Shown here piece after piece: positions 19,509 through 28,928 of a DNA stretch of 30,209 nucleotides; positions within the stretch are counted from its first letter, which is position 1; every line of letters begins with the position of its first letter. This DNA is from an uncultured Gammaproteobacteria bacterium (lineage in GTDB: Bacteria; Patescibacteriota; Patescibacteriia; Patescibacteriales; JAGXOH01): assembly GCA_964424365.1 (NCBI GenBank), contig CAYRJF010000001.1, positions 1-30,209 of the forward strand, read 5' to 3'. Under the pieces are notes generated by a model. It made no database searches. It saw nothing but the letters and a program-made list of their open reading frames with translations, and was not told the origin of the DNA. Position numbers and translations under genes: made by a program.

Positions 19509-20885
19509 ATGGATAATAATCAAATCTGGCAAGCTGTTTTAGGTGAAATTGAGCTAAACCTTTCTAAGGCAAATTTTACCACCTGGTTTAAAAACACCTT
19601 TATTCTCTCCCAAGAAAATGGAGAGGTAATAATCTGTGTTCCCAACACCTTCACTAAAACCTGGTTGGAAAAAAAATATCACAGCGAGATTTTAAAGGCC
19701 TTAAAAAATGTTTTAGGGGAAGAAGTAAAAAATATTTATTACAAAGTTCAAACCAAAAAACAAGAAGAAAAAAAAGAAGAGAAAATTAAAGTCAGATCCG
19801 GCTCCTCAAAAACCGACCCAAGTGAGTCCGTAGAAACCAAACCCCAAAACAAACCCTCTTGCAACCGCTTCGGACTTAATCCCAAATATGTTTTTGAAAC
19901 TTTTGTGGTTGGAAAAGGGAATGAGCTCGCCCACGCCGCCACCAAGGCGGTTGCCGCCAACCTGGGCAGGGCCTATAACCCCTTGTTTATTTATGGAGGA
20001 GTGGGGCTGGGAAAAACACACCTTCTTCAGGCGGCGGGCAATGAAGTTTCTAAAAACAGTCGTGTTTTATATACAACCAGTGAAAAATTTACCAATGATT
20101 ACGTACAAGCAGTCCATAGTGGAAAAGCCAAAGATTTTAAAGACTACTATAGAAACGTAGATATGCTTTTAATTGACGATGTTCAGTTTATGGCCGGAAA
20201 AGACGGAACCCAAGAAGAGTTTTTTCACACCTTTAATGAGTTACAGCAAGCGGACAAACAAATTATTATAACCTCTGACAAGCCCCCGAAATCAATCCCC
20301 GCCCTGGAAAAACGGCTTTTGTCTCGTTTTGAGTCGGGAATGGTGGCGGATGTTTCTAAGCCGGACACTGAAACCAAAATCGCGATTTTAGAAGAAAAAG
20401 CTAAAGAAAAAACCTATTCCCTGGAAAGAGAAATTTTAGAATATATCGCCAACAATATCAACAACAACATCCGAGAACTGGAAGGCGCTTTAAATAAAAT
20501 TATTGCTTTTCATGAATTTAACAATTCTACTCCCTCCTTAAAAACCACTAAAAACATATTAAATGATCTGCTGTGTAATCTTCAAGCCAAGAGTGTTTCA
20601 ATTAAAGATATTGTTTCCGCGGTTTGTAGTTTTTATAGTATCAGCAGTAAAGATTTAACCGGAAAAGGGAGGAGAAAAGAATTGGTTTGGCCCAGACAAA
20701 TAGCTATTTTTTTAATGAGAGAGGAGGTTGACGCCTCCTACCCCACAATCGGAAGTGAGTTGGGGGGAAGGGATCACACCACAGCCATGCACGCTTACAA
20801 TAAAATTCTAGAAGAAATAAAAGAAAAAGAAAACGAAAAAATCAAACAAGAAATCGAGTCAATTAAACAACTCCTAAGTTCTTAG
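19509..20885 (+). CDS. dnaA: Chromosomal replication initiator DnaA
   Basis: W..VL..IE..LS..NF.TWF; LNPKYVFETFVVG; YNPLFIYGGVGLGKTHLL; LLIDDVQF; RELEGAL; domain IV PRQIAIFL..GGRDHTTAMHA. Confidence 0.99.
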   Translation: MDNNQIWQAVLGEIELNLSKANFTTWFKNTFILSQENGEVIICVPNTFTKTWLEKKYHSEILKALKNVLGEEVKNIYYKVQTKKQEEKKEEKIKVRSGSSKTDPSESVETKPQNKPSCNRFGLNPKYVFETFVVGKGNELAHAATKAVAANLGRAYNPLFIYGGVGLGKTHLLQAAGNEVSKNSRVLYTTSEKFTNDYVQAVHSGKAKDFKDYYRNVDMLLIDDVQFMAGKDGTQEEFFHTFNELQQADKQIIITSDKPPKSIPALEKRLLSRFESGMVADVSKPDTETKIAILEEKAKEKTYSLEREILEYIANNINNNIRELEGALNKIIAFHEFNNSTPSLKTTKNILNDLLCNLQAKSVSIKDIVSAVCSFYSISSKDLTGKGRRKELVWPRQIAIFLMREEVDASYPTIGSELGGRDHTTAMHAYNKILEEIKEKENEKIKQEIESIKQLLSS

Positions 20886-20893
20886 GTATATCT

Positions 20894-21156
20894 TGTGAAA
20901 AACCGCGGGTAAGGCTGTGAAAAAACGCGAGTCTTCTCGGGGATAAAATTTAACAAGCTGTGAAAAAAACAAAAAACAAAAAAACACCTGTGTAAAACTT
21001 TAAACCCAATCCACCTAAAAACCCCACTTTGTTAACAAGCCATTATCTAGTTTAAACCCCGCAAAACCTAACTTTAAAAACAAAAAAGAAAACTTATTCA
21101 CACCCCTTATTAATATTATCTTTTTATTATCTATTAATTATTTAATTAAATAAAAC
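20894..21156. other. oriC: DnaA-box cluster and unwinding element in the dnaA-dnaN intergenic region
   Basis: TTWTNCACA matches on the reverse strand at 20894, 20916, 20959, 20989 (weaker at 20938); forward TTATTCACA 21094 then CCCC, TAT TAA TAT TAT, and an AT-rich tract. Confidence 0.88.
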
Positions 21157-22284
21157 ATGAAATTTTTAAGTGTAAAAAACAATTTTAAAAAAGGACTTTT
21201 TTTGGTTAGTCATATAGCGGGTAAAAACGTAAATTTACCAATTTTAAACAATGTAATGATTAAAATAGAAAACAAAGACATTAAATTGATCACTACAGAC
21301 CTGGAAATAGGGGTGGTACACCACTTAAGGGGCAAGATAGAAAAAGAAGGTGTTTATACTGTTAATTCCAAAATGATCGCGGATTATATTAATTTACTCC
21401 CGGATAAAAAAATAGAAATAGAACAAAAAGAAAATGAGTTAAAAATTCAGTGTGAAAATTATAAAACCAAAATCAAAGGACAATCAGCTGAAGATTTTCC
21501 CCTAATTCCCCAAGTGGAAAAAAAGAACGGATATAAAACAAACATAAAAAACTTAAAAAAAGCTTTATCTCAGGTGGTTTTTGCCACTTCATCCGCGGAA
21601 ACAAGAATTGAATTAACCGGGGTTTTGTTTATTTTAAATCAAGACGAACTCATTCTTGCCTCCACTGATAGTTATAGACTGGCGGAGAAAAAAATAAAAC
21701 TACAAACCGAAAACAAAGAAGAGACTAGGGTAATTGTGCCGGCCAAGACAGTTCAAGAGCTTTTGCGGGTTTTAACCGGATTAAGCGAAGAAGAAGAAAT
21801 GGAAAAAGAGGAGGAAATAAGTTTTTATCTCTCGGAAAACCAAATTCTTTTTACCACCCAAAACACCGAGCTTGTTTCCCGTTTAATTGAGGGTCAATAC
21901 CCTGATTATAAACAAATAATTCCGGAAAAAAGCCAAACCAAGGCGAAAATAAATAAAAATGAATTAACCAGGGCTGTTAAAACCTCCTCCCTTTTTTCTA
22001 AAACAGGAATTAATGATATTAATCTAGACTTTCCCGAAGGAAAAAATCAGGTTGTGGTAAGCTCGGTTTCCGGGCAAACCGGTGAAAATTTAGTGGAAAT
22101 AGATTCTCAGGTAAGCGGTAAAGATAACCGAATTGTGGTTAACTACCAATATTTACTAGATGGTTTAAAAATTATAGAAGACGAAGAGGTGGAAATAGAG
22201 GTTATTGATAACAACACTCCTTGTATAATTAAACCCACTAAAGAGAAGGATTATTTATATATAATTATGCCCATAAAACAATAA
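21157..22284 (+). CDS. dnaN: DNA polymerase III beta sliding clamp
   Basis: LPILNNV, TTDLEIG, AEDFPLIP, LTGVLF, STDSYRLA, VIVPAKT, SRLIEGQYPDYKQIIP, YLYIIMPI. Confidence 0.99.
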   Translation: MKFLSVKNNFKKGLFLVSHIAGKNVNLPILNNVMIKIENKDIKLITTDLEIGVVHHLRGKIEKEGVYTVNSKMIADYINLLPDKKIEIEQKENELKIQCENYKTKIKGQSAEDFPLIPQVEKKNGYKTNIKNLKKALSQVVFATSSAETRIELTGVLFILNQDELILASTDSYRLAEKKIKLQTENKEETRVIVPAKTVQELLRVLTGLSEEEEMEKEEEISFYLSENQILFTTQNTELVSRLIEGQYPDYKQIIPEKSQTKAKINKNELTRAVKTSSLFSKTGINDINLDFPEGKNQVVVSSVSGQTGENLVEIDSQVSGKDNRIVVNYQYLLDGLKIIEDEEVEIEVIDNNTPCIIKPTKEKDYLYIIMPIKQ

Positions 22285-22369
22285 GATCCCGGCGAATCAA
22301 TAAATTTACTACAAATTATTTTTTTAATAATTAAGCATTACCTTTCTCGCTAACGCGAGTTAGTAGGCC

Positions 22370-25297
22370 CTAATTATTGTTTATAGTGACATATATTTCT
22401 TTTTCCAGGGTTTCTTTACCGTCCCAAGTGAAAAGTTTGGGGGTGATTTTGTAAGTGCCGCCCACATTGGGTTTGTTCCAATTAAATTCCATAGTTCCTT
22501 GACCCCCTCTAGTTTTATAAATGGAGTCGATTTCACTGGAAGTGGAGGTTAACTCGGAAATAAACTCGACTTGAGCGACTTTAAAATTATTAGAGATATT
22601 TAACTTAAAAGTAAAAGGAAAATCAACCGAAGTTAAAGAAAGGTTTTTTTGGGGTTTTATCCAAGAGACGCTCGGGACAGCGTCTTTTTTGTTGGAATTG
22701 TTTTTATAATTAAAAATTAAGTTTTTTCGAGTGCAATTACCCACCCCATCACAAGACTCTACCCCCAAGTCATGATAACCGCTATTTAGAAAATCAATAT
22801 TTCTATCTAAACTAAAAGGATATGACTTACTGCTTGTGAAGTAATTGTTATTTAGATAATAATTAACTCTATTAATACCCCTCGGGGCGGATGTTTTTAT
22901 TTTTACCACCAAATTTTTACTTGTAATTATCTCTTTGTTGTTTGGTTCCTTAATGTTTAATAGGGGTTTAAATTCAGGTCTGTGCACATCATCGTATTTA
23001 GTGGGTATTTCGATTGAAGAAGTAGAGGAAAACTCATTTTCTCGCGCCCAGTTTTGAACCGCCTTTTCCCAAGAGTTAAACTGTGGATCTTGACTCGGGT
23101 CTTCCGGAGCCTCTCCCAGGGGGTCTTCTTTGTTAATATAATAAAGTATACAATGGGGGTCTGCTTGGTATTCCACCTCTTTGATATACTTTTCCGGGGT
23201 GTGTTCTGTGGCCAACAAACCGGAAACAGTGTCAATTTTTACGGTTTGTTTAAAATCAAGCTCTCCGTCAATTGCCGGCTTTCCGGTTTTTATATCCACG
23301 GGTTTTTTAAAAGTCTCAACCGGCGTATCCCCCAAAACTCGGCTCATATAATGATTCCAAATCGGGGCGGCCGCATTACCCCCCGAGGCGCCTCGAACCA
23401 TTTTTTGGTTGTCATTATTTCCTACCCAAACTCCGGCCACCAAAGAAGGAGTATAACCCACTGTCCAAGCGTCTCGGTAATCATTGGTGGTTCCGGTTTT
23501 TGCGGCCACCGGCCGAGAGTCTAGAGTTAACCAGTTGTTTAAACCATAAGTAAAAGAACGCGCTTGATTGTCACTTAAAACACTATTAATCATTCGGGCG
23601 ACTTTGGGTTCAATTATTCTTTCTTCTTGTTTTTTATGTTCCTCAATCACCCTTCCTTTAGAATCTTCTATTTTAGTAATTACGCTTAAAGGGTGGATTA
23701 CGCCCTCACGAGCAAAAACACTGTAGGCGTTAGCGTGTTCAATTAATTTTACTTCAGCGCCCCCTAAAACCAAAGAAAGGCCAAAACGACTCCTATCTTC
23801 AAAAGTGGAATAACCTAAATTTTTTAAATATTCAAAGACATTATCCAGGCCGGCTAAATACAAAGCTTTTACAGCCGGGATATTTAAAGATCCGGCCAAA
23901 GCTTTTCGAATACTAATCGGGCCATGTTCTTCCAGGTCGTAATTTTTTGGTTTATAGGGCTGATTGGGATTGTTAGAGAAATTGGTAACCACATCAAACA
24001 ATTTGGTTTGAGGGGTAAAACCTTTGGTAAATAAATTTGAATAAACCAAGGGCTTCATTGAGGAGCCCGGCTGTCTTTTGGCTGTGGTAACATTAAATTT
24101 TCCGTCGATTTTCTCGTCAAAATAATCCCGGGATCCCACCATTGCCAATATTTGCCCGGTTTTAGGATCCAAGGAAACCAATCCGGCATTCTCGGCATTA
24201 TATTTTTCCTGATTTTTCTTCACTCCTTCCTCTACCACCTCTTCGGCAATTTCTTGTTTATAAGTATCCAGGGTGGTATAAATTTTTAATCCCCCTTGTT
24301 CAAGCATTTTCTGGCCGTATTTTCGGGAAAGAAGACTTTTAACATACATTACAAAATGAGGAGCTTTAATATTTGAAGAAGGTTGTCTAAATTCCAGTTC
24401 TTCTTTTTGAGCTTCTTCCATTTTAGTTTCAGAAATATAGCCCTGTTCATTCATTAGTTTTAAAATATAATCTTTTCTTTTCAGTAAAAGCTCTTTGTTT
24501 GGTCCATAAGGGGAGTAAAAACTAGGGGCTTGAGGAAGAGCGGCTAAGATGGCTGATTCCGCCAAACTAATATCCTTTACATTTTTACCAAAATAATAAC
24601 GACTGGCAGCTTCTACTCCATAAGTGGTTCCTCCATAAGGAATTTCATTTAAATAAAGTTGGAGAATTTCGTTTTTGGAAAATTTTTGCTCTAGCCTATA
24701 GGCCAAGATTAATTCTTTTATTTTTCGGGTGAAAGTTTTTTCCGGAGTTAAAACCGCGTTTTTTACCAATTGTTGGGTAATAGTAGAACCCCCGGCTTTT
24801 TTCCTATAAATTATATCCGTAATAGCGGTTCGAAAAATTGCCCAGAGACTAAAGCCCTGGTGCTCATAAAAATTCTTATCCTCCATGGCAATTGTGGCGC
24901 TTTCCATATAATCGGGAATATCTTCCAGGGTAACCAAAGTTCTTTGCTGCTCCCCATGAATTTCATAAAGCAAGGTATCTCCGGTGCGGTCATAAATTTT
25001 TGTACTTTGGGCCACCTCTCTTTGAATTAACTGATTGGGATCAGGAAGATTTTGAGAAGCCCAAATAAAAGTACCTAAAATCGTTGAAACCCCCAAAAAA
25101 AACAGGATTATTAAAATACCTAGAAATTTTTTACTAAAAATCAGGTTTTTTAGAGAAAGTTTCTTTTTTTTACGCTTAGAAAAACCGTGATTTCTGTGGT
25201 TGGAGCCGGTTCTTTTAATTTCCTGGAGGCCGGGTTTATTTGTTTGGTTTTTCCAGGATTTATTATGTTTGTGTTGATTTAATTGAGGGATGGGCAT
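22370..25297 (-). CDS. Class A penicillin-binding protein (PBP1A-type) with C-terminal Ig-like domains
   Basis: TM; GT51 motifs MEDKNFYEH.G, GGSTITQQLVKN; TP motifs SSMK, SLN, KTGT; C-terminal Ig-like I..VNYYLN. Confidence 0.95.
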   Translation of the reverse strand: MPIPQLNQHKHNKSWKNQTNKPGLQEIKRTGSNHRNHGFSKRKKKKLSLKNLIFSKKFLGILIILFFLGVSTILGTFIWASQNLPDPNQLIQREVAQSTKIYDRTGDTLLYEIHGEQQRTLVTLEDIPDYMESATIAMEDKNFYEHQGFSLWAIFRTAITDIIYRKKAGGSTITQQLVKNAVLTPEKTFTRKIKELILAYRLEQKFSKNEILQLYLNEIPYGGTTYGVEAASRYYFGKNVKDISLAESAILAALPQAPSFYSPYGPNKELLLKRKDYILKLMNEQGYISETKMEEAQKEELEFRQPSSNIKAPHFVMYVKSLLSRKYGQKMLEQGGLKIYTTLDTYKQEIAEEVVEEGVKKNQEKYNAENAGLVSLDPKTGQILAMVGSRDYFDEKIDGKFNVTTAKRQPGSSMKPLVYSNLFTKGFTPQTKLFDVVTNFSNNPNQPYKPKNYDLEEHGPISIRKALAGSLNIPAVKALYLAGLDNVFEYLKNLGYSTFEDRSRFGLSLVLGGAEVKLIEHANAYSVFAREGVIHPLSVITKIEDSKGRVIEEHKKQEERIIEPKVARMINSVLSDNQARSFTYGLNNWLTLDSRPVAAKTGTTNDYRDAWTVGYTPSLVAGVWVGNNDNQKMVRGASGGNAAAPIWNHYMSRVLGDTPVETFKKPVDIKTGKPAIDGELDFKQTVKIDTVSGLLATEHTPEKYIKEVEYQADPHCILYYINKEDPLGEAPEDPSQDPQFNSWEKAVQNWARENEFSSTSSIEIPTKYDDVHRPEFKPLLNIKEPNNKEIITSKNLVVKIKTSAPRGINRVNYYLNNNYFTSSKSYPFSLDRNIDFLNSGYHDLGVESCDGVGNCTRKNLIFNYKNNSNKKDAVPSVSWIKPQKNLSLTSVDFPFTFKLNISNNFKVAQVEFISELTSTSSEIDSIYKTRGGQGTMEFNWNKPNVGGTYKITPKLFTWDGKETLEKEIYVTINNN

Positions 25298-25321
25298 TTC
25301 TTCTTTAATATAAACATTAAT

Positions 25322-26251
25322 TTAGTTTTTGTAGAATTGGGCGGCTTTTTCCGGAGAAATAGAGTTAATTACCAAACCGGAGCCGAGCTCTACGCCGGCC
25401 CAAACGCTATCTCGGGGTTGAATTTTTAAATAAAAATGTTGGTTAGTGTCTGAAATAATATTGTGAAGAAAATAGTTAAAAGACAGGTTAATAGAGTCAA
25501 GTTTAACCAAGAGGTTTTTTAGGGTTTGGGCCAGAGAAGAAAGCTCGGCGTCATTAAGTTCGGTTATGTTGTCCACATGTCTTTTGGGGAAAATCCAGGC
25601 CTCATAGTGGTATTGGCTGGCATAAGGGGTGAAGGCGATTATGTTTTTATCTTCTACTATTTTTCTTTCGGTTTTCGCTTCTTTTTTGATTATATCGCAA
25701 TAAGGGCAAGTTCCGTTTTTGATTCGGTATTCTTGTTTTAATTTTGCTTCTTCGCGAAGATCGTCCGGAATAATTCGGGTGGCGAAAATCTGAGAATGAG
25801 AATGAGTAATAGAGGCCCCGGCTTTATACCCTTGGTTCTTAAAACACAAAATATAATCAATTTCTTTAACCTTGCTTAGCGTTTTAGTTCTTTGGGCATA
25901 CATCTCCAAAAGTCTTTTGACATTTTTTACCGGCAGGTGGGCTAATTCTTTGGTGTGTTGCGGACTGTCTATAATCACTTCTTGGGTTCCATAAGCTTTT
26001 TCATTATCCAGGCTTACAGCCGGATAAATGTTTTTTAAACTTAAAACCTCCCAATCATTGGAACCGGGCTTGTTTATTCTATCTGTAATATTTTTTTTGT
26101 CAATATTTTCCGGGCAAAAGGGGCAGTTAGGATCTTTTTTAATAGTGGTGTGTTCTTTTAAATCCCTGGGGCGAGCCGCTCTACCCGGCGTAATAATGAC
26201 ATATTTATTTAGGAGATAAGATTTCCTAATCTCTGATTTGTTTTGACCCAT
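25322..26251 (-). CDS. galT: Galactose-1-phosphate uridylyltransferase-family HIT nucleotidyltransferase
   Basis: RAARP, CPFCPEN, NIYPA, EVII, FKNQG..AGASITHSHSQI (HxHxQ), CPYCDII. Confidence 0.85.
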   Translation of the reverse strand: MGQNKSEIRKSYLLNKYVIITPGRAARPRDLKEHTTIKKDPNCPFCPENIDKKNITDRINKPGSNDWEVLSLKNIYPAVSLDNEKAYGTQEVIIDSPQHTKELAHLPVKNVKRLLEMYAQRTKTLSKVKEIDYILCFKNQGYKAGASITHSHSQIFATRIIPDDLREEAKLKQEYRIKNGTCPYCDIIKKEAKTERKIVEDKNIIAFTPYASQYHYEAWIFPKRHVDNITELNDAELSSLAQTLKNLLVKLDSINLSFNYFLHNIISDTNQHFYLKIQPRDSVWAGVELGSGLVINSISPEKAAQFYKN

Positions 26252-26375
26252 AAATGTATTTGTGTTATTTGCCCACCGGACTGAAACCGAGTTCCAGGTT
26301 GGTGAGGAGGGTAAATAATATAAAAGTTTATTTGTAGATTTGTGAAATGATTTGTTGATTTGAGGGGACTTTTTT

Positions 26376-26424
26376 ATTATAGCAAAACCTCGGCCTTTCT
26401 TCCAATTTTAAAATTTGTTATACT
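26376..26424. promoter_or_regulatory. Divergent extended -10 promoters (galT on minus; small ORF on plus)
   Basis: Minus TGcTATAAT (26384-26376) with TTGGAA 18 bp upstream; plus TGtTATACT (26416-26424). Confidence 0.55.
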
Positions 26425-26462
26425 GATAACTAGTTCTTAAATTTTATAATTAAAAAATTTTT

Positions 26463-26540
26463 ATGGATTTTTGGGTTGTTTTTATAATAATTCTGGTCGC
26501 GGCAGTAGCTATAATAATGGTTAAAGCCAAACTGGAATAA
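26463..26540 (+). CDS. Unannotated 25-aa single-pass membrane peptide MDFWVVFIIILVAAVAIIMVKAKLE
   Basis: ATG...TAA frame; 18-residue hydrophobic core with a basic tail; own -10 upstream and terminator downstream. Confidence 0.55.
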   Translation: MDFWVVFIIILVAAVAIIMVKAKLE

Positions 26541-26546
26541 AACGAC

Positions 26547-26586
26547 AAAAAAACACGCCCCTGAGTTTAATTTGAGGCGTGCTTTT
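26547..26586. terminator. Bidirectional intrinsic terminator (pnp / small ORF)
   Basis: cacgcc-N16-ggcgtg stem flanked by A7 and TTTT. Confidence 0.7.
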
Positions 26587-26601
26587 ATTTACTAAAAGTT
26601 T

Positions 26602-28833
26602 TTAGTGGTTGTTTTTCGGTTTAAAGGGAGGTTTGGAGTTAAAATTTTTCCCCGCCCCGTTTTGAGAGGATTTGTTTTTATCCCAGATCGGCTGATTTGC
26701 TTCCAGGCCCTTCATAGTCAAGCCGATTTTCCCCTGATCGTCCACGCTTTTTACTTTCACAGCCACCTCATCCCCTTCTTTAACCAAATCTCCGGGGTGA
26801 TTAACCCGGAAAGGAGCCATTTCACTAACATGAACCAGTCCTTCATGTCCGGAAAACAAGGAAACAAAAATTCCAAAGTCAACGATTTTTATTACTACAC
26901 CCTTAAAAGTTTCTCCCACTTCAAATTCGTAAGTAATTTCTTTAATCCAGCCAATCGCCTCTTCACAGTTTTGTTTATTGGCTCCGGAAACAACCACAGT
27001 GCCGTCATCTTCAATATCAATAGAGACATCTTTTTCTTCAATAATTTTGTTAATAACCTTTCCTCCGGCACCAATTACATCGCGGATTTTTTCCGGGTTA
27101 ATCTTTATTTTTATCAGTAAGGGCGCGTAGGGGGAAAGCTCCGGATTGGGCTCCTTAATAGCGCTGTCCATTGTGTCTAAAATTCTTTGGCGAGCTTCTT
27201 TTCCTTGTTCCAGAGTTTTTTTGATTATTTCCGGGGTGATCCCGTTGGTTTTAGTGTCTAGCTGAATAGCGGTAATTCCGTCTCGGGTTCCGGTGATTTT
27301 GAAGTCCATACCTCCTTTACCGTCTTCCAGGTCTTGAATGTCGGTTAAAACTTTCCATTGGCTCATATCTTCATTAGAGGCAAGCCCCATAGCGATGCCA
27401 CCCACGGCTTTTTTAATCGGCACACCCGCATCCATTAAAGCTAAACTGGAGGCGCAAGTGGATCCCATTGAAGAGGATCCGTTGGAGCTTAAGGTTTCGC
27501 TCACCACTCGGGTGATGTAAGGAAACTCTTCTTTGTCCGGAACCACCGGGGTTAAAGCTTTTTCCGCCAAAGCGCCGTGGCCGATATCTCTCCTGCTGGG
27601 ACCGAAAATGGGTTTAGTTTCTCCCACGGAATAAGGGGGAAAATTATAATGATGCATAAATCTTTTAGTTCCCATTCCTTCAATGGTTTCACTGTATTGT
27701 TCTAAGCCCGGAGCCCCCAGGGTGACAATAGACATAATTTGGGTTTCTCCTCGAGAAAATAACCCGGCGCCGTGGTTTCGGGGTAAGATTCCCACCTCCG
27801 CGGACAAGGATCTTATTTCATCAAGTTTTCTGCCGTCTACTCTCTTTTCATTTTTCAGAATTTGCTTGCTAACCTCGGCCTCTACCGCCTTCTCCACGGT
27901 TTTTTTCAAGGCATAACCTCTTTTCTCTTTGCTAATTCCGTTTTCGTAAAGGTGGTAGTCCAGTTTTTGTTTTATGGCTTCTACCGCCGCTTTTCTTTCG
28001 CCTTTTGTATAATATTGTTTATCAAACAATATAGGGTGAATATTTTCGTTCAACCAGCTCTCCGCTAGATCTAAGATTTTTTGGTTATCTTGCTCTTCTT
28101 GCTTTTCTTCTCCGTTTTTCAAGGGTTCAGCCGGAGAGTTTTTTTCCTTGGCGGGAACTTCTTGTTTTAATTGTTCAATAAGTTCAATAGCCGGCTGTAA
28201 TTCTTTTTGCCCTTCAGTTATAGCTTCAAAAACTTTGTTTTCGTCCACTTCCCAGGCTCCGGATTCGAGCATTATGGTTTTTTCCTTGGTTCCGGCTATT
28301 ATTAAATCCAGATTGCTTTCCGCTTGTTGTTCATAAGTGGGGTTTAACACCAGCTCTTCATTAACCTGCCCCACTCTAATTCCCCCAATCGGGCCTTGCC
28401 ACTCCACCCCGGAGATAGCCAGAGCCGCGGAAGCGGCCACCAAGGCCACAATATCGTGAGGATTTTTTTTATCCACCGACAAAGAGGTAATTAAAACTTG
28501 GACCTCTTTTCGAGAGTCTTCGGTAAAAAGAGGTCTAATAGAGCGATCAACCATTCGACTGGTTAAGACCGCCTCATCACTGGGCCTGCCTTCTCTTTTG
28601 ATCCACCGAGATCCCTTAATCATTCCGGCCGCGTAAAATCTTTCTTCAAAAGCGACCATTAAAGGAAAAAAATCCACGTTTTTTTCTTCTTTGGACTCCA
28701 CTACCGTGGCCATAACCACGGTTTCTCCATACTGGACTGTAACCGCGGCATCGGCTTGCCGGGCCAGCTTGCCGGTTTTAATTGTTAATTCTCTGCCCAG
28801 CCACTGGGTAGAGAGGGTTTTTTCTTCTGCCAT
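26602..28833 (-). CDS. pnp: Polyribonucleotide nucleotidyltransferase (PNPase)
   Basis: TGKLARQADAAV, DFFPL.V..EERFYAAG.I.G, R.HG.GLFSRGETQ, SNGSSSMGS.C, GMDFK, KH (IRDVIGAGGKVI) and S1 (HEGLVHVSE). Confidence 0.99.
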   Translation of the reverse strand: MAEEKTLSTQWLGRELTIKTGKLARQADAAVTVQYGETVVMATVVESKEEKNVDFFPLMVAFEERFYAAGMIKGSRWIKREGRPSDEAVLTSRMVDRSIRPLFTEDSRKEVQVLITSLSVDKKNPHDIVALVAASAALAISGVEWQGPIGGIRVGQVNEELVLNPTYEQQAESNLDLIIAGTKEKTIMLESGAWEVDENKVFEAITEGQKELQPAIELIEQLKQEVPAKEKNSPAEPLKNGEEKQEEQDNQKILDLAESWLNENIHPILFDKQYYTKGERKAAVEAIKQKLDYHLYENGISKEKRGYALKKTVEKAVEAEVSKQILKNEKRVDGRKLDEIRSLSAEVGILPRNHGAGLFSRGETQIMSIVTLGAPGLEQYSETIEGMGTKRFMHHYNFPPYSVGETKPIFGPSRRDIGHGALAEKALTPVVPDKEEFPYITRVVSETLSSNGSSSMGSTCASSLALMDAGVPIKKAVGGIAMGLASNEDMSQWKVLTDIQDLEDGKGGMDFKITGTRDGITAIQLDTKTNGITPEIIKKTLEQGKEARQRILDTMDSAIKEPNPELSPYAPLLIKIKINPEKIRDVIGAGGKVINKIIEEKDVSIDIEDDGTVVVSGANKQNCEEAIGWIKEITYEFEVGETFKGVVIKIVDFGIFVSLFSGHEGLVHVSEMAPFRVNHPGDLVKEGDEVAVKVKSVDDQGKIGLTMKGLEANQPIWDKNKSSQNGAGKNFNSKPPFKPKNNH

Positions 28834-28842
28834 AATTTTCTT

Positions 28843-28912
28843 TACTTGATCAATAAACTTAAGAACTATGACGCTTATCGGTTCATAGCGCTTCTTGTTT
28901 ATTGACCAAGTA
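28843..28912 (-). promoter_or_regulatory. 70-nt stem-loop in the pnp leader
   Basis: Minus RNA UACUUGGUCAAUAAAC / GUUUAUUGAUCAAGUA 16-bp duplex, plus AAGAA/UUCUU and CUAUGA/UCAUAG; ends 9 nt before the ATG. Confidence 0.8.
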
Positions 28913-28928
28913 TAATTAAATAATAAAT

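Noticed and set aside
22346-22359. ctcgc-taac-gcgag as the dnaN/PBP terminator
   Set aside because: Only a 5-bp stem with no adjacent U-tract, which is too weak to call.
2160-27916. Short antisense or out-of-frame ORFs in the track (for example 2160-2378, 3023-3344, 4855-5154, 13768-14046, 23054-23524, 26605-27120, 27338-28336)
   Set aside because: All lie inside well-supported genes, show no family motifs, and have shadow-ORF composition.
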